The notes: generated by a model not told the origin, from the letters alone. A stretch of 63,922 nt of DNA, filler included, from Globobulimina sp. (GCA_003354225.1; 22 parts of 22 records of this genome joined end to end with filler, not necessarily neighbours in it), one strand, 5' to 3'; shown: positions 46,937-59,197, counted from the whole stretch's first letter. Program-made: numbers and translations.

Positions 46937-49382
46937 TTAATTTTTATCAATAACATATCTATCTGTCTCATTGATAAATTCGCAGAATACCTTCAAAACT
47001 TCGATACGTAACTTCAAACAATTTCTTTTCTTCACCGGGTCTCTATTTATGTTCTTATCCATCAATTCTTCCTGATATGGGAATAATAAATTGTATAATA
47101 ATTCATTTTTATTCGCCATGATAAGTTGTTGATATTTCTCATCGATTTCAACCATTTTTGATTTCATTTCTTCTCTCTGTACCGCATATTCCTCACAACT
47201 GCATACAAAGTGTTGTGTATCTTCAACTATTTCCCGTTGTTTCTTATCTTTACAATGCGTACAATTTCTGGTTAGATATCCGTATTTTTTTTGGCCGTTC
47301 AGAGCCGTATGACCTGAACGAAGCTGCGATACATATTTCCATTGCTTCCTCACTAGATTTTTCATCTCATATTTATACGCGTCAATATACCGCACATTCC
47401 AATCAATCAAATTCTTGCTCAATATCAAATCCTCATTCTTTTTCTTATTAATTCGCATTTTCTTGTACTGATCCCAATGATTCAATGTCTCATAAAATCC
47501 TTTTCGTTTATTCTCCTTTTTTACTGCTGAATAGCTATAATTATCCCATTCATGATTCGTAAAACGTTTCTCAATCTCATTCCATTTCATTGTCCGATAA
47601 ATGTCAAACATTCCTGCTTTGGCCATATCGTCGGCGATCTCGTTACCTGTTTCATTGTTATGCGCTTTGACCCAAATTAAATGTACATCTAATCCAAAAT
47701 CCTCTAAATCGATAATCAATTGGTGTATCGCCTTTATTTTATCATAAATTATCACATTTTTTATCTCATACAGCCCCGCAATCCAATTTACCACGGTTTC
47801 ATTGTCAATGATAACACATACATCATCCGGCACTAATTCTGTGTCTCTTTCATAGATTTCGAAACAATATCTGTATAAAGCACTTAATCCTTTGGCAGCC
47901 GCGTCCAATTCACAGTGATCAATGGAGCTTCTCAAACCCGTTGAGGAGGCGCCATAATAATAATTACTGTATCCGTTATCATACGGACCTTCTAATTGTT
48001 GATAGTTTCGTTGTCGCAGTGTTTGTAAGTCCGCTGTCTTCAAATAATAATCCAAATTACACGACCAATAACCCGCACCACCAAATCCATCCTTATTTGA
48101 TCCGTCGGAGAATAATAATTGGATCTTTTTCTTATTTGCCTGTCTTAAATCTAATGGGTTCACATCGTAATAGAATAAATTCTCAGACCATTCTTTTGCC
48201 CAATCTTTGTCAAACGATATCTTTTCTCCCTTCTCATTCTTAATGTAACATAATAAATTCTTCGGTAGTTCCAATGCCTTCAAATGATATGATAATCTTT
48301 TCGGCACCACATCAAAACTAACGTTTTTCATGTAATTAATGTCTGAACTTTTGATATTTACGGCGGCATCAAATAATTCAAAGAATATATGATATCGTTT
48401 ATCGAATTTCTTTCTAAACTTGTTCTTTTTTGCCGATTTCAACCATTTTTTATCCACAAATATGTCATCATCATCCTCGTTGGCAACAAACATCCAATTT
48501 TCATCCAAATCGTTTCTGTGTATTTTATTACTTATTTCAATCTTATCCGAATCAAATGTATTGATTTTATGACTTGATTTCTTTGCTTGTTTCTGTTTAA
48601 AATTATCATTTAAATCCAATCTCTCGTCATTCCACAATTTCCAATATCTTTTCTCAATTATTTCGCTTAAGATATTAGTCTTTGGCGACCTAATTAACCT
48701 CGACCAAAAAGACGATTTTTTTGATGCAATTAAGTCATCATAACCTGTCTCACCTATTTGTACCAATTGCCATTTGATAGGGTTTGTTCGCTCGGAATAA
48801 TTTGAGTGCCTAATCGTGTCATTATAGAGCGATTTCAGTCTATTTGCATGACAATGCTTTGAATTATACCAAATTTCCGCTGCGTACAATAATTTTGGGT
48901 AAATTAGCGCTTTATATATATTCACTAAATATCTTGCAATGAGATCTGATGCGTATTTATATCGTCTGTATATATTTAGGAATGATCTTCTTCCATTTAC
49001 TATAACTGACTGAAATTGGGCATTCCAGTTTAAATTCCAATCAATCCATACTCCCAAATATCTAACTTTATCAAATATCTTCGTAATGAGTTGGTCGCCC
49101 ATTTTTATATTAAAATATAGGTCTTTGTGTATAGCATTGTTTGTTGTTACTGCAATAACCATATAATTCTGTTTTATTGGTTGCAGAAACAAACGTTTTT
49201 TCTTCGCTAAATAATAAACGTAATCAATGGCAAATTGTAAATTCTTCTTCAAGTCGTCACCAAACACTGTGCCATCTGACGCCATCGTATTGTCGTCTGC
49301 GTAGCCGATAATTATTATGCCTATTTTCAGTCCATTTATCGCATCAAATTCTATTGTAATGAATATAAATATGATCGGTAAG
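46937..49382 (-). mobile_element. Non-LTR retrotransposon ORF2 3' part: RT, RNase H and CCHC (I/R1/Tad1-like)
   Basis: GYADD near 49295, RYLGVWID, RNase H motifs FSDGS, ELDA, IDN and WVKAH...GNEIADDMAK, then LRSGH and CTHC...EDTQHFVCSC. The frame is open throughout. Confidence 0.9.
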
Positions 49383-49502
49383 NNNNNNNNNNNNNNNNNN
49401 NNNNNNNNNNNNNNNNNNNNNNNNNNTTAATTAATTAANNNNNNNNNNNNNNNNNNNNNNNNNNNNNNNNNNNNNNNNNNNNAATTCATGATCACTATAT
49501 CT

Positions 49503-49860
49503 AAGGAGCTGCAAAATATGGATCTGTACTAAAATTAAACAACATACCAGCAAACAATGTTATTTATACATATTATTATGACATCACCACCATACAATCG
49601 AAGATGTATAAATACTGCTTCTTTATCTCATTGATAAACTTATGGGTATGCCTAGATGTTAAGCATCATTTTTCCTTTCCACTAAGTGAGAACATCCAGT
49701 TACAGCTTTCACTTTGCGTCAACATATGCAAAGACAGCAAAGTTTATCAATGATATAAAGAAGCAGTATTTATACATCTTCGATGGTATGGTGATGTCAT
49801 AATAATATGTATAAATAACCTTGTTTACTTCTAGCACAGATCAATATTTTGCAGCTCCTT
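49503..49860. mobile_element. Foldback/MITE-like element with long imperfect inverted arms
   Basis: Arms 49503-49641 and 49740-49860 are reverse complements, e.g. AAGGAGCTGCAAAATAT/ATATTTTGCAGCTCCTT and GAAGATGTATAAATACTGCTTCTTTAT/ATAAAGAAGCAGTATTTATACATCTTC. The spacer is about 98 bp. Confidence 0.8.
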
Positions 49861-50340
49861 GACTGCCTCCTTCTTCATACTCAATATACTTATGCTAATA
49901 GAAAAAGGTTTTGTAACATGGTGCCTTGCACATGTCCTCTGACGGTGTGCATGTGCAACAAAAACATTATTGAATAAATTTTAATTTGAACACGATAAAT
50001 AAAATAATGGGTATAAATTCACAAAAAAAACATTCAGTCTTTGATTTTTGGATTTAATTAATAACAAAGCAAAAGAAAACACACAACAAAAGGAAAATAT
50101 GATATCGATATGTGTATTGTAATGAAATCAAATAAATCCAAAAAAACAACAATTATAAATATAAAAAAGCGTATAAAAATAAAATGAACCGTTATGATCA
50201 GACGAGAGAAACTGAGAAAGAAAACAAAATTTAATTTGAGCCAAGATTAATTTGACAAAAAAGGGTAAAAACTATAATATATTTACACATCAAACAAGCA
50301 AGCAAAAAGACCCATTATTCCCAGACAAAATATAGCAATA

Positions 50341-52290
50341 TTAATCAATATATTTGCCAGGAATAATTGCATTCGTGTTGTGATCCGTCGATGATTGCTC
50401 GTCATCATTATCCTCATAATGACCCGATACTTCAGGTAATGGAGTATCAACCGATAATCTTCGCGATGGAAAGCGTGTTCTTGCCGCATTTGAAAATTGT
50501 TCGTATAATGATGGTTCTGCAGTGCTTGTTGAGTGTGATTCAAATCTATTAAATATGCTATGTTTATGGTATGGTGGATGATCATTTTGATTTGCATTGT
50601 TATTATCCACTGATTCTAATTGAGATAAATTTGGTAATGTAGACAGTGATTTTCTTTCTTTTTTAACAAATGTAAGGGATGGCGAAGGGGTCGCAATCGA
50701 TCTGTAATTACTAGTGCCAGTGCCAGTGCTTGATATTCTGTTATGTGCCATTTCTGTGCAGATGTCGCTTGAACTGGGTAGATGTCGCATTTGTGGGTTA
50801 TATTTTGGCATATTCGAATTTTTATTTGTGTTTATGTCTTCTGGCTGCATTACGCGGATATTATTATATTCTCCACGCGATTGCACCACAAAAGCATGAG
50901 ATTTCCGAGATTTTGTATTATCTCTCAAATTATTATTGTTTTGGATGTGTTGTTTGACAGCAATTCTATTTGTAATACATGGCAATGTTTTACATTTTTT
51001 GTAACATTTTATCCAAACTGGTTTATTATTATAGCTATTAATTAACCTCTTCGTACCACCGCTATATAAATGATATATGATACACAATGAGAAAAATTCC
51101 AGACCCATATCAATTACACGCCACATGAATGAATATTTAATATCATGATTGAGCTGTACATGTATCGACAAATAGATGGACAATGTTGTTTTTACCACAA
51201 AATAGACCGCCAATAACACGGACACAGTCAATAATTTTCTTAGTAATTTACTATCTTCGTTTTGTTCCTTGCAGACAATATCATTTTGAACGGCCGTAAC
51301 TGACTTCCATATCACTTTAATAGCAGAAGTCGCATAAATTACATAACCGACTGTAAATATTGACATTATAATACACCATATAATCTCACCATAAATGTAA
51401 TAATTATGTCTTGAAAATATTAAGATGGTTTCTATGATGATAAATAGAAGAAACAATATAATAAAATATCGCATTCCTTTTTCAAATCGTTGTATAGTAA
51501 TCGTATCATTGTTGAATGAATATGTAATACGTATCCAGGTTCGTAATACGCCAAAAAACATCCAACAAAACGTCAACAATGGAAATAACAATGTCAATAT
51601 TATGACATTTGTGTTGTTTTCATTTGAATTGTCCATAAACGCAAAATGGAATTCAACGCAAAGTAATAACTCAAAAAACGTACAGATATAAACAGTGCCC
51701 GGTCCATTAAATGCACCATCTTTGTAATGTATTTTCAATCTTTTCCAAAAACCGCCGTCGAAAATAAGTATCAAATCGGATGTTATTTTCAGAAATAAAA
51801 TGAAAAACAACATCAGAAATATTAAATTGGATAATATTGGAAAATCAGAATAACTCAAATTGGAATATTTGTCATGGGATAAACAATCATTATATAAAAA
51901 CTTTATGGTTGAAAAGGTAGTTAAATGCGAACAGGAACATACTATCTGTCCCGCATCATTATCAATAAATGTATCACAGCCAAATGTATCCCAGATGCCG
52001 TCCTCTTCATTATACCATACACATTGTATTTTATCTCTGTTATCTGCTTCGTTAAAAGTAATATTTATATTTGATGTTAAATTATTTGTATTTGAATCCG
52101 AGGATAACATAATCGTAGCACTCTTTCCTTGTAATTCGCTTTTCTCTTTTTTATGCGTACATGGATCGACTACAAACGCTTGCGATTTATTAGTGTATAA
52201 AAATATAACCGAAATATCCGCAGCATTCAAGTCCGGGTCAATATCATTTAATGTGTGTCTACCATTTTGTGTGTTGTTTGAGGTTAACAA
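50341..52290 (-). CDS. GPS/GAIN-domain 7TM protein (adhesion-GPCR-like), 5' truncated
   Basis: GPS motif CVWYNEEDGIWDTFGC...VCSCSHLTTFS, followed by about 7 TM helices and a Ser/Thr-rich tail. Confidence 0.85.
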   Translation of the reverse strand: MLTSNNTQNGRHTLNDIDPDLNAADISVIFLYTNKSQAFVVDPCTHKKEKSELQGKSATIMLSSDSNTNNLTSNINITFNEADNRDKIQCVWYNEEDGIWDTFGCDTFIDNDAGQIVCSCSHLTTFSTIKFLYNDCLSHDKYSNLSYSDFPILSNLIFLMLFFILFLKITSDLILIFDGGFWKRLKIHYKDGAFNGPGTVYICTFFELLLCVEFHFAFMDNSNENNTNVIILTLLFPLLTFCWMFFGVLRTWIRITYSFNNDTITIQRFEKGMRYFIILFLLFIIIETILIFSRHNYYIYGEIIWCIIMSIFTVGYVIYATSAIKVIWKSVTAVQNDIVCKEQNEDSKLLRKLLTVSVLLAVYFVVKTTLSIYLSIHVQLNHDIKYSFMWRVIDMGLEFFSLCIIYHLYSGGTKRLINSYNNKPVWIKCYKKCKTLPCITNRIAVKQHIQNNNNLRDNTKSRKSHAFVVQSRGEYNNIRVMQPEDINTNKNSNMPKYNPQMRHLPSSSDICTEMAHNRISSTGTGTSNYRSIATPSPSLTFVKKERKSLSTLPNLSQLESVDNNNANQNDHPPYHKHSIFNRFESHSTSTAEPSLYEQFSNAARTRFPSRRLSVDTPLPEVSGHYEDNDDEQSSTDHNTNAIIPGKYID

Positions 52291-52464
52291 NNNNNNNNNN
52301 NNNNNNNNNNNNNNNNNNNNNNNNNNNNNNNNNNTTAATTAATTAANNNNNNNNNNNNNNNNNNNNNNNNNNNNNNNNNNNNNNNNNNNNCACGGTACAA
52401 GAAATCGGGCAGTGCCTCCATCGGCACTTCGCCCCTCACTTCGCCCATCGTATCCTCCTCGCAT

Positions 52465-54852
52465 ATGATGGCCAGTCCGCCGCGCATCAAAATGCCCAAC
52501 GCGCATAATCATACAACAAATGTTCATAATCATACAGCACATAATAATATTTATCATACACGAAATATAGCGAAGACAAATGACAATAATAATAATGGTA
52601 AAAATAAGTTAGCTCAAAGTACGAATTTATATCCTATTAATTTTGCGATATTTGCACAAAAAGATTTAATTTGCAATACAAATGATCCAAATATGTGCTT
52701 ACAGTCACAACGAATAATCGAAGCATTGAAATATTATGAATCAAGCGATCCAGATAAATTTAGCACATTTATCTGTGAGAAATATGATCATTTTTTAAAT
52801 GATATTATTCATTTCAAAGAAAATCATATGCACCAAATAAAGCAAATTACTGCCATAAATAATAAATGTGATCCCCTGTTTTGTAAATTTATATCAATTC
52901 GGAGAAATTCAGCACACAAAGAAAGTAATTATATTAATTATAATGAAAATGCATTTATTCAGCAAGAATGGAATGAAGTACATTTTATATTGCATCATAT
53001 GTTTGAATTAGGTTGGCGAGGCCGAGGGGGAAATGATGAAAAGACAGATAATAATGAGGATGAGTATACATTTGCGGAGGATATGAGAAAGAAATATGTT
53101 GCCTTTTTTTCAAGGATTACAACCAAAAATAAAAATAAGTTTACTCTGGAAATTGATAACACAAATAACCAGCATACTACATCAGATTCAACAGATTTAG
53201 ATGACATTTATAGAAAATTAAGTCTAATTCGTGGCACAGATCAATTATTTATGAAACAATTTGTAAGTTTTATTAATGAGCAAGAATATGATACTGATTC
53301 CATAAGAGATGATATCGATGTTTTTGGCCATGGAAATAACTCGAATTCGAACATATTGGCTGATGGTGTTGCAAAGAAAATAGATATGCAACACATCATG
53401 TTCGATATACAAATGCCAACTAATACATTTAGTGAAGGCATTTGTTTCGAGTTCCATGATAATAAAAATAATGAAGCACATACCGGAAATATTATACATG
53501 TAAAACCAACATATGCTTCATTTAAAGCTGAAATTTCAAATTATCCTTGCATTGAAATGAATGACTATAAAACATTGGTAATTGTTAAGGCAAACAGATT
53601 TATGCAAACCAATCGTGTGAAGGCAATGAAGTGTCGTTTGGAGTTTGACGAATATGGCTATGGAATCAATGCTGATGCACCAGTGCAATATGACCATATA
53701 ATGTCTTTGATATTATATTGCGACTTTAGTGATCTATCAACGCATTTCAGTGCAACATTTAGAAGGAGCGATCGTCAGAGTATAGCGGACATTGAACGAG
53801 AAAACAGTAAATATTATTTTCTTAGCCGTAGCTTACGGGAATTGGTCGTATATTATGGAATATCTGCAGATCAAACATATATCGATGATGCAAAAACCCG
53901 CGAATTCTCAACAAGAGGGCCATTTTATTGTGGAGTGTCTCGTGTAATGGCAATGCCGCGTATTTGTATCCGGTTATTTGGCCCTACCTCGACCTCCATG
54001 CACATTGCGGTAGCAATCAATTTTAGCCAAAGAGCGGGTATGATCATACAATTTGATTATGAAAGACAATGTGGTTTGTTTGATGAACCATCATTCGATG
54101 CATCCTGGATCTCAAGATATCCTCAAGAAGCTGAAAGATTATTCTTTTCCGGCATGTACTCTGAGTCTGGTTTGCAAGTTGTGTCAATCAGAGTCGTTGA
54201 AACAAAGAATAATTACGAACGCTTTTATAAAGTTTTATATTGGTTTGATTGCCTTATAAATGGTTCCGAACATCAGTGGTTTGCTATTAATTTTGATGAT
54301 GGGGATGAATCTGTCATTGAACTCATTCAAAGTATAATATCTGGCAACGTGGAGAATGTTGATCAATTTTTATGGAATCAATTTCAAACATTTGTAGCAT
54401 ATAAAAAAGAATTAACTCTAAGAATGGTGAGCTTGACAAGCAAACTGTTATATGGTAAGTATGGAGATATGATAAAGATTGTAATGCCATTATTGGTGGA
54501 AGATAATGAAACAAATGCAATGATCTGGCAATCAGATAATTCTATTGCAAATATACCCAATTTCCAGGTACTTAGAATGTTTAGAAACGTTAAAAATATT
54601 TCTATATTATCAACAACTGATACTGGATCTGTTTTAAAATATAGATCATGTTCAGTTGTAATAAAATCATTATTTGATAGTATTCAGTCGAATATGAAAC
54701 ATAAAGTCAAATATACAATAATTGCAGCACGGAGAAAATGTGGAGGAAGTTGGATTTCTGATTTATTTGCCAGTGCATTGGGTCCAAGTTTTGAAAAAAT
54801 CGAATTTCAGTTAAATCAAAATGAAGAGGATATCATGAAATTTGAAATGTAA
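52465..54852 (+). CDS. Large protein with a putative ADP-ribosyltransferase-like domain
   Basis: ILYCD, PFYCGV, GPTSTS and SRYPQEAERLF occur in the order of the R-S-E ART motifs. Confidence 0.55.
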   Translation: MMASPPRIKMPNAHNHTTNVHNHTAHNNIYHTRNIAKTNDNNNNGKNKLAQSTNLYPINFAIFAQKDLICNTNDPNMCLQSQRIIEALKYYESSDPDKFSTFICEKYDHFLNDIIHFKENHMHQIKQITAINNKCDPLFCKFISIRRNSAHKESNYINYNENAFIQQEWNEVHFILHHMFELGWRGRGGNDEKTDNNEDEYTFAEDMRKKYVAFFSRITTKNKNKFTLEIDNTNNQHTTSDSTDLDDIYRKLSLIRGTDQLFMKQFVSFINEQEYDTDSIRDDIDVFGHGNNSNSNILADGVAKKIDMQHIMFDIQMPTNTFSEGICFEFHDNKNNEAHTGNIIHVKPTYASFKAEISNYPCIEMNDYKTLVIVKANRFMQTNRVKAMKCRLEFDEYGYGINADAPVQYDHIMSLILYCDFSDLSTHFSATFRRSDRQSIADIERENSKYYFLSRSLRELVVYYGISADQTYIDDAKTREFSTRGPFYCGVSRVMAMPRICIRLFGPTSTSMHIAVAINFSQRAGMIIQFDYERQCGLFDEPSFDASWISRYPQEAERLFFSGMYSESGLQVVSIRVVETKNNYERFYKVLYWFDCLINGSEHQWFAINFDDGDESVIELIQSIISGNVENVDQFLWNQFQTFVAYKKELTLRMVSLTSKLLYGKYGDMIKIVMPLLVEDNETNAMIWQSDNSIANIPNFQVLRMFRNVKNISILSTTDTGSVLKYRSCSVVIKSLFDSIQSNMKHKVKYTIIAARRKCGGSWISDLFASALGPSFEKIEFQLNQNEEDIMKFEM

Positions 54853-55036
54853 ATAAAGTGATTTATAATTTTATATGCAATTTTTTTGTTGTTGTTGTTT
54901 TGGTATTCCTGTACATATTTATTATTATACATATGTTTTTAATGTTCATTGGTCATATAAACTACAATTTACTGTTCGATCGACCATAATCAATACCTCA
55001 AACAAAAAGATACGTTTAAAACTTTTGGGTTAAGCC

Positions 55037-55198
55037 ATGTCGTCAGAGTTTGAAAGCAAAGATGAGATAAAAAATGATTTTGAAAGCATGGTGATGGTGT
55101 ATGGTGATGTTGGGGATCGTTGTTGTGCTCGCATTGCCTGTTTTTGTTGTTTTTTTTGTGTGGTATACAGGGTAAGTATATGTGTGGTGGGTTGTTTT
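55037..55198 (+). CDS. Short Cys-rich protein, first exon (truncated)
   Basis: ATG at 55037, a CC-rich stretch and a GTAAGT donor near 55172. Confidence 0.35.
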
Positions 55199-55298
55199 NN
55201 NNNNNNNNNNNNNNNNNNNNNNNNNNNNNNNNNNNNNNNNNNTTAATTAATTAANNNNNNNNNNNNNNNNNNNNNNNNNNNNNNNNNNNNNNNNNNNN

Positions 55299-55479
55299 TA
55301 TTACAAGACGTTTTATCAATCCATTGGTACCTTTTATAATTACCCTTTTCGAAAAAATGATGAAAGTCAGCGTGGTATCGAACACAAACTTTTTCTTGTG
55401 TTTGGTATTGAATGTGATCTGGTATCCATTGCTGAATGCTGGATACAAATACTTCTACACTCTCCTCTAATTTCCACAT
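55299..55479 (-). CDS. Short Agenet/Tudor-like N-terminal fragment
   Basis: VEVFVSSIQQWIPDHI...VCVRY resembles an Agenet/Tudor beta-barrel. Truncated. Confidence 0.3.
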
Positions 55480-55567
55480 GATGCAAATAAATAAAACAAA
55501 AAAATCTCAGTGAAAACTTCTCTTTGCCTGCATGCTGTCGTTGTGTTGAGCCATTACACAACAAACA

Positions 55568-57107
55568 ATGAACGACGTACTACGAGGCGTATTATTCTCC
55601 CTCGCCGGCAACATTGCAATTAGCCTCGGCGACCATTTAAAACTATTTGGTGATCAAGACCAGAATGGCAAGAAATTATATCACGGCAAAACCAAAAAAA
55701 AGCTAAATCCCCTATGTTCCCATCGCCTTTTTTTTGGTTTATTAGGTTACATTGTGATGATAACCGGGCAAATATGCAACGGCTATGCCTTAGCCTTCGC
55801 ACCGCAAACTTTATTGGCCTGCATCGGTTCCATCCAATTTATCGTCAATTTAATATGTTGCGTTATTTTGCTGTCGCGGCCCATAAAAACCATCCATATT
55901 CTCGGCACCTTCTCCATTATCATCGGCTGCTTAATAATGATATTTGGCTTCTCGCCAAAAACGGACCAGTCACAATTAACGGTTCATGCATTGTTTTATA
56001 ATTTCAACTCTATCCATTATAGGAATTATCTGCTTGTCGTCGTCTTTGTCTTTTTATTAAATACGGTGTGGCAATATTTTGAGAGCAATTATCTTAATTT
56101 CGACCATGATGTCAAGGACAAATTGCATAAAAAAAGAGCGCTGAGAACATCGCAAACGGCGCGCAATAAAAATGCACACAAAAAAAAGTCTCAGTGTGTG
56201 GACGCAAAATTAGTCTCTGGCCTTTTCTATTCATTTAGCAGTGCAATGGCTGGAACACAGAGCGTTGTCTTAGGCAAAACCTTAGCGATCATCCTCAGGA
56301 ACTACGCGGATGGCAAAATTGTGATATTTCAGCCGGATTTATTTACTTTGTTCTTTATCATTGTTGTCTTCATATGTTTTGTCATTACATTTGCATTTTG
56401 GTTGTATCGAAGGACAGAATCCATGGTTCTGTTCGACACCGTCTTCATTGCGCCAATGAACCAAGTTAAGTACACATATTTTTATATATATTTGTTGTGC
56501 GCGGTGCGCATTATCGCAACGCACTGCTTTGAAGGTAATGTGGTTGACCTTTTCCACCGTTGCGGGTGGAATATATTTCCATGAGTTTGAATCCGCGAAC
56601 ACCTTTCAATGGATCGCGTTGATTGCGGGTATGATGTTTAATTATTTTGGTTTATATTATTTGGTTCCCACCGCCTCCGATCAGCCGATGTTGATTATAA
56701 ATATGGAGAAACCGCTGAAATTTAAACAGAAACTGGATGATGATGAGGGTGAATATGATGATGTGGACAGCAAATACATTGAAACTACGAAGGACAGTGA
56801 TAATATACATAATATTGACAAACCATTCATGGCGAAAATGAGTATCAAGGATAAGATAGAAATTACACGAAAGCAGCAACGAAAATGTGTGAAAACCAAA
56901 ACTTTAGTTAAGAAATGGCATTATTTTGATGATGGGGTTATTGATAATGACAAAGAACATGAAACGGATGAAAGTGATGATGATAATTACGAAGATATGC
57001 CATTATTAAATGTGCAGAATAACAAAAGTATAAATATGACAGCAAATGTATGCAATGATAGTAATTCTGCAAAATGGTATGAATTTTTTGGAACCAAAAG
57101 ACGATAA
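55568..57107 (+). CDS. NIPA-family magnesium transporter-like protein (intron 56465-56534)
   Basis: ALAFAPQTLLACIGSIQFIVN, SSAMAGTQSVVLGK and spliced FIAPMNQVMWLTFSTVAGGIYFHEF. Confidence 0.85.
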
Positions 57108-57704
57108 TATCCGGAAAACAAATAACATAAAAATGTAACAATTATTTAATTATTGTATTATTCATTGTATCCTCTCATTGACTCTCTTTTTTTTATTCTT
57201 GTTATATTCGATTCTAATATGAGATAAGTTGAATTTGTTAATTTGTAATTATTTTTTTTCTCCACGTACCGTTATTGTGTGATTATGATTTATTCCTTTT
57301 TGTTTTTGTTGTCCTTTAAATTTTAATGTACAAATTGGTTGGCATTAATTTATTGAAATATGTATAGATTCAAAGAAGATATTTGGGTTTCATTTCAATA
57401 TTTTTTTGTGTTTAACTGTTATTTCTGTTGCTTTGTTCTGGTTTGAGTTTTCTTTTATATTTATAATTATTGGTTGTTTTCATCCAAATTTCCCCTCTAT
57501 CGAATATTCAATTTTATACAGATTCTTATTTTGTTATAAATGTTGTACATCTGATGTAAATTATTTATTTTAGTATTTATCCTTTCTTTTTTCTACGTTT
57601 GTTTTAGATGGGATTAAGACTGTACATTTTTTTTTAGTTAAACGTGATCATTAGCGAGCTGTTCAAGTGCCATGACTCAAACTGAAGTCAAAAATTAGCT
57701 ATAT

Positions 57705-58106
57705 TCAGACAAAAGGAATCATAATCTTGTTACCAAGCCAGCTTAAAGAACCAAAAAGTAAAATAAAGAAGGAAATAAGATATTCTGTGATCCTGTTTAT
57801 AAGCCAGACAACAGCCATCGATATATATTTTAAGGCAAGTAGTAACATTTTAAATGGCCATGCCAAAATCGTTAAATATTTAATTACTAATGTTTTAAAA
57901 GGACCTCTCTCAACAGTTGGTTTTACAGGTTTTTCAGGAATAGTAACCGGTTCATCACCAAGAATAACTTTTTTTCTAGCACCAAATGATGACAGCATTG
58001 GAATCACCGTCAAGGCAACAATTAATGAAATGATTAATGCAAAAGTTACCGTCAAAGCCTGATCACTAAATAGTTGACCTGCAATTCCATCGATAAATAC
58101 CAATGG
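57705..58106 (-). other. Bacterial-type RND efflux permease (AcrB/AcrD/AcrF) internal fragment
   Basis: PLVFIDGIAGQLFSDQALTVTFALIISLIVALTVIPML matches the TM5-6 region of HAE1 RND pumps. It ends abruptly and sits at the contig end. Confidence 0.8.
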
Positions 58107-58259
58107 NNNNNNNNNNNNNNNNNNNNNNNNNNNNNNNNNNNNNNNNNNNNTTAATTAATTAANNNNNNNNNNNNNNNNNNNNNNNNNNNNNNNNNNNNNN
58201 NNNNNNTGTTTTTGATGTGACGGTATGCTGAAAATGTTTTTAAGCAAGCACACAATTTA

Positions 58260-58817
58260 ATGGGTTGTTGTTGTTTCAATAATGGCGAGCGGAATACAGA
58301 AATGTCAAATCAGGTCAATGGGAAAACGTCACCAAATGTACGAACACCACTGAGTGCAAACATAAAAATGGCACAAGATTTCAGCTCCATTGTACTTGAT
58401 GGGAATATAACACCGTTTGAAGATTATATGCAAGACTTAGACACTCAAAAAAGTAGAAATCCAAGTTTCCCAACACTCAAAAATGTGAGATCCATTTCAG
58501 AATATAATGTAGAAACATATGCTACGAGGAACGCTTCAAAAAAAGAATGGAAATTAAATATAACATTTGATGCAACAAATAATGAAATAACATTTTTTTT
58601 ACGCAATGATAAAACAAATAAAATGTGGATAAAAAAAGTGAATGATACTGAATTGAACATGAAAGAGGATTTGTATGGCATGAAAAAAGAATACATGAAA
58701 ATACAAAATATTATCAATTATGGACATGTTAAATATACAAACATGGATGGTGGACATTGTAAAATATATCTAGCGCAAAATAATGATAGTTATGAGTTTC
58801 TTGCTGAACCGACATAA
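58260..58817 (+). CDS. Hypothetical protein with a predicted N-myristoylation/palmitoylation signal
   Basis: Starts MGCCCF. Complete 185-aa ORF. Confidence 0.6.
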   Translation: MGCCCFNNGERNTEMSNQVNGKTSPNVRTPLSANIKMAQDFSSIVLDGNITPFEDYMQDLDTQKSRNPSFPTLKNVRSISEYNVETYATRNASKKEWKLNITFDATNNEITFFLRNDKTNKMWIKKVNDTELNMKEDLYGMKKEYMKIQNIINYGHVKYTNMDGGHCKIYLAQNNDSYEFLAEPT

Positions 58818-59197
58818 ATATTGCCAACACGTTGTGTTTCCGCCATTGTTATTTTTAATTATACGTACATTATATATCATAAATGTAGTTACTTTTAATT
58901 TGGTTGTTTGTTATGGCAGTTATGCTGTGCTGATGCTTCCTTACTTTTAGTTATAACGAGTCTCATCATCTGAGAGTTTATACGATGTTTATGTGTAAAA
59001 TATTCGTGCTAATCTTTATATTTGTACATTTCCAAATAACTGACGACCACTTTACAAACACGAAAACGGATAATTGATTTCTTAGTATTTTGAAGAAAAT
59101 GTTTTTTTTTGACTTACTTACAACATTTAAACAGTGCAAGGATTAATACATTAAATACAATCGGATTTATTACAATTAATTAAACTATGAACGTTTT

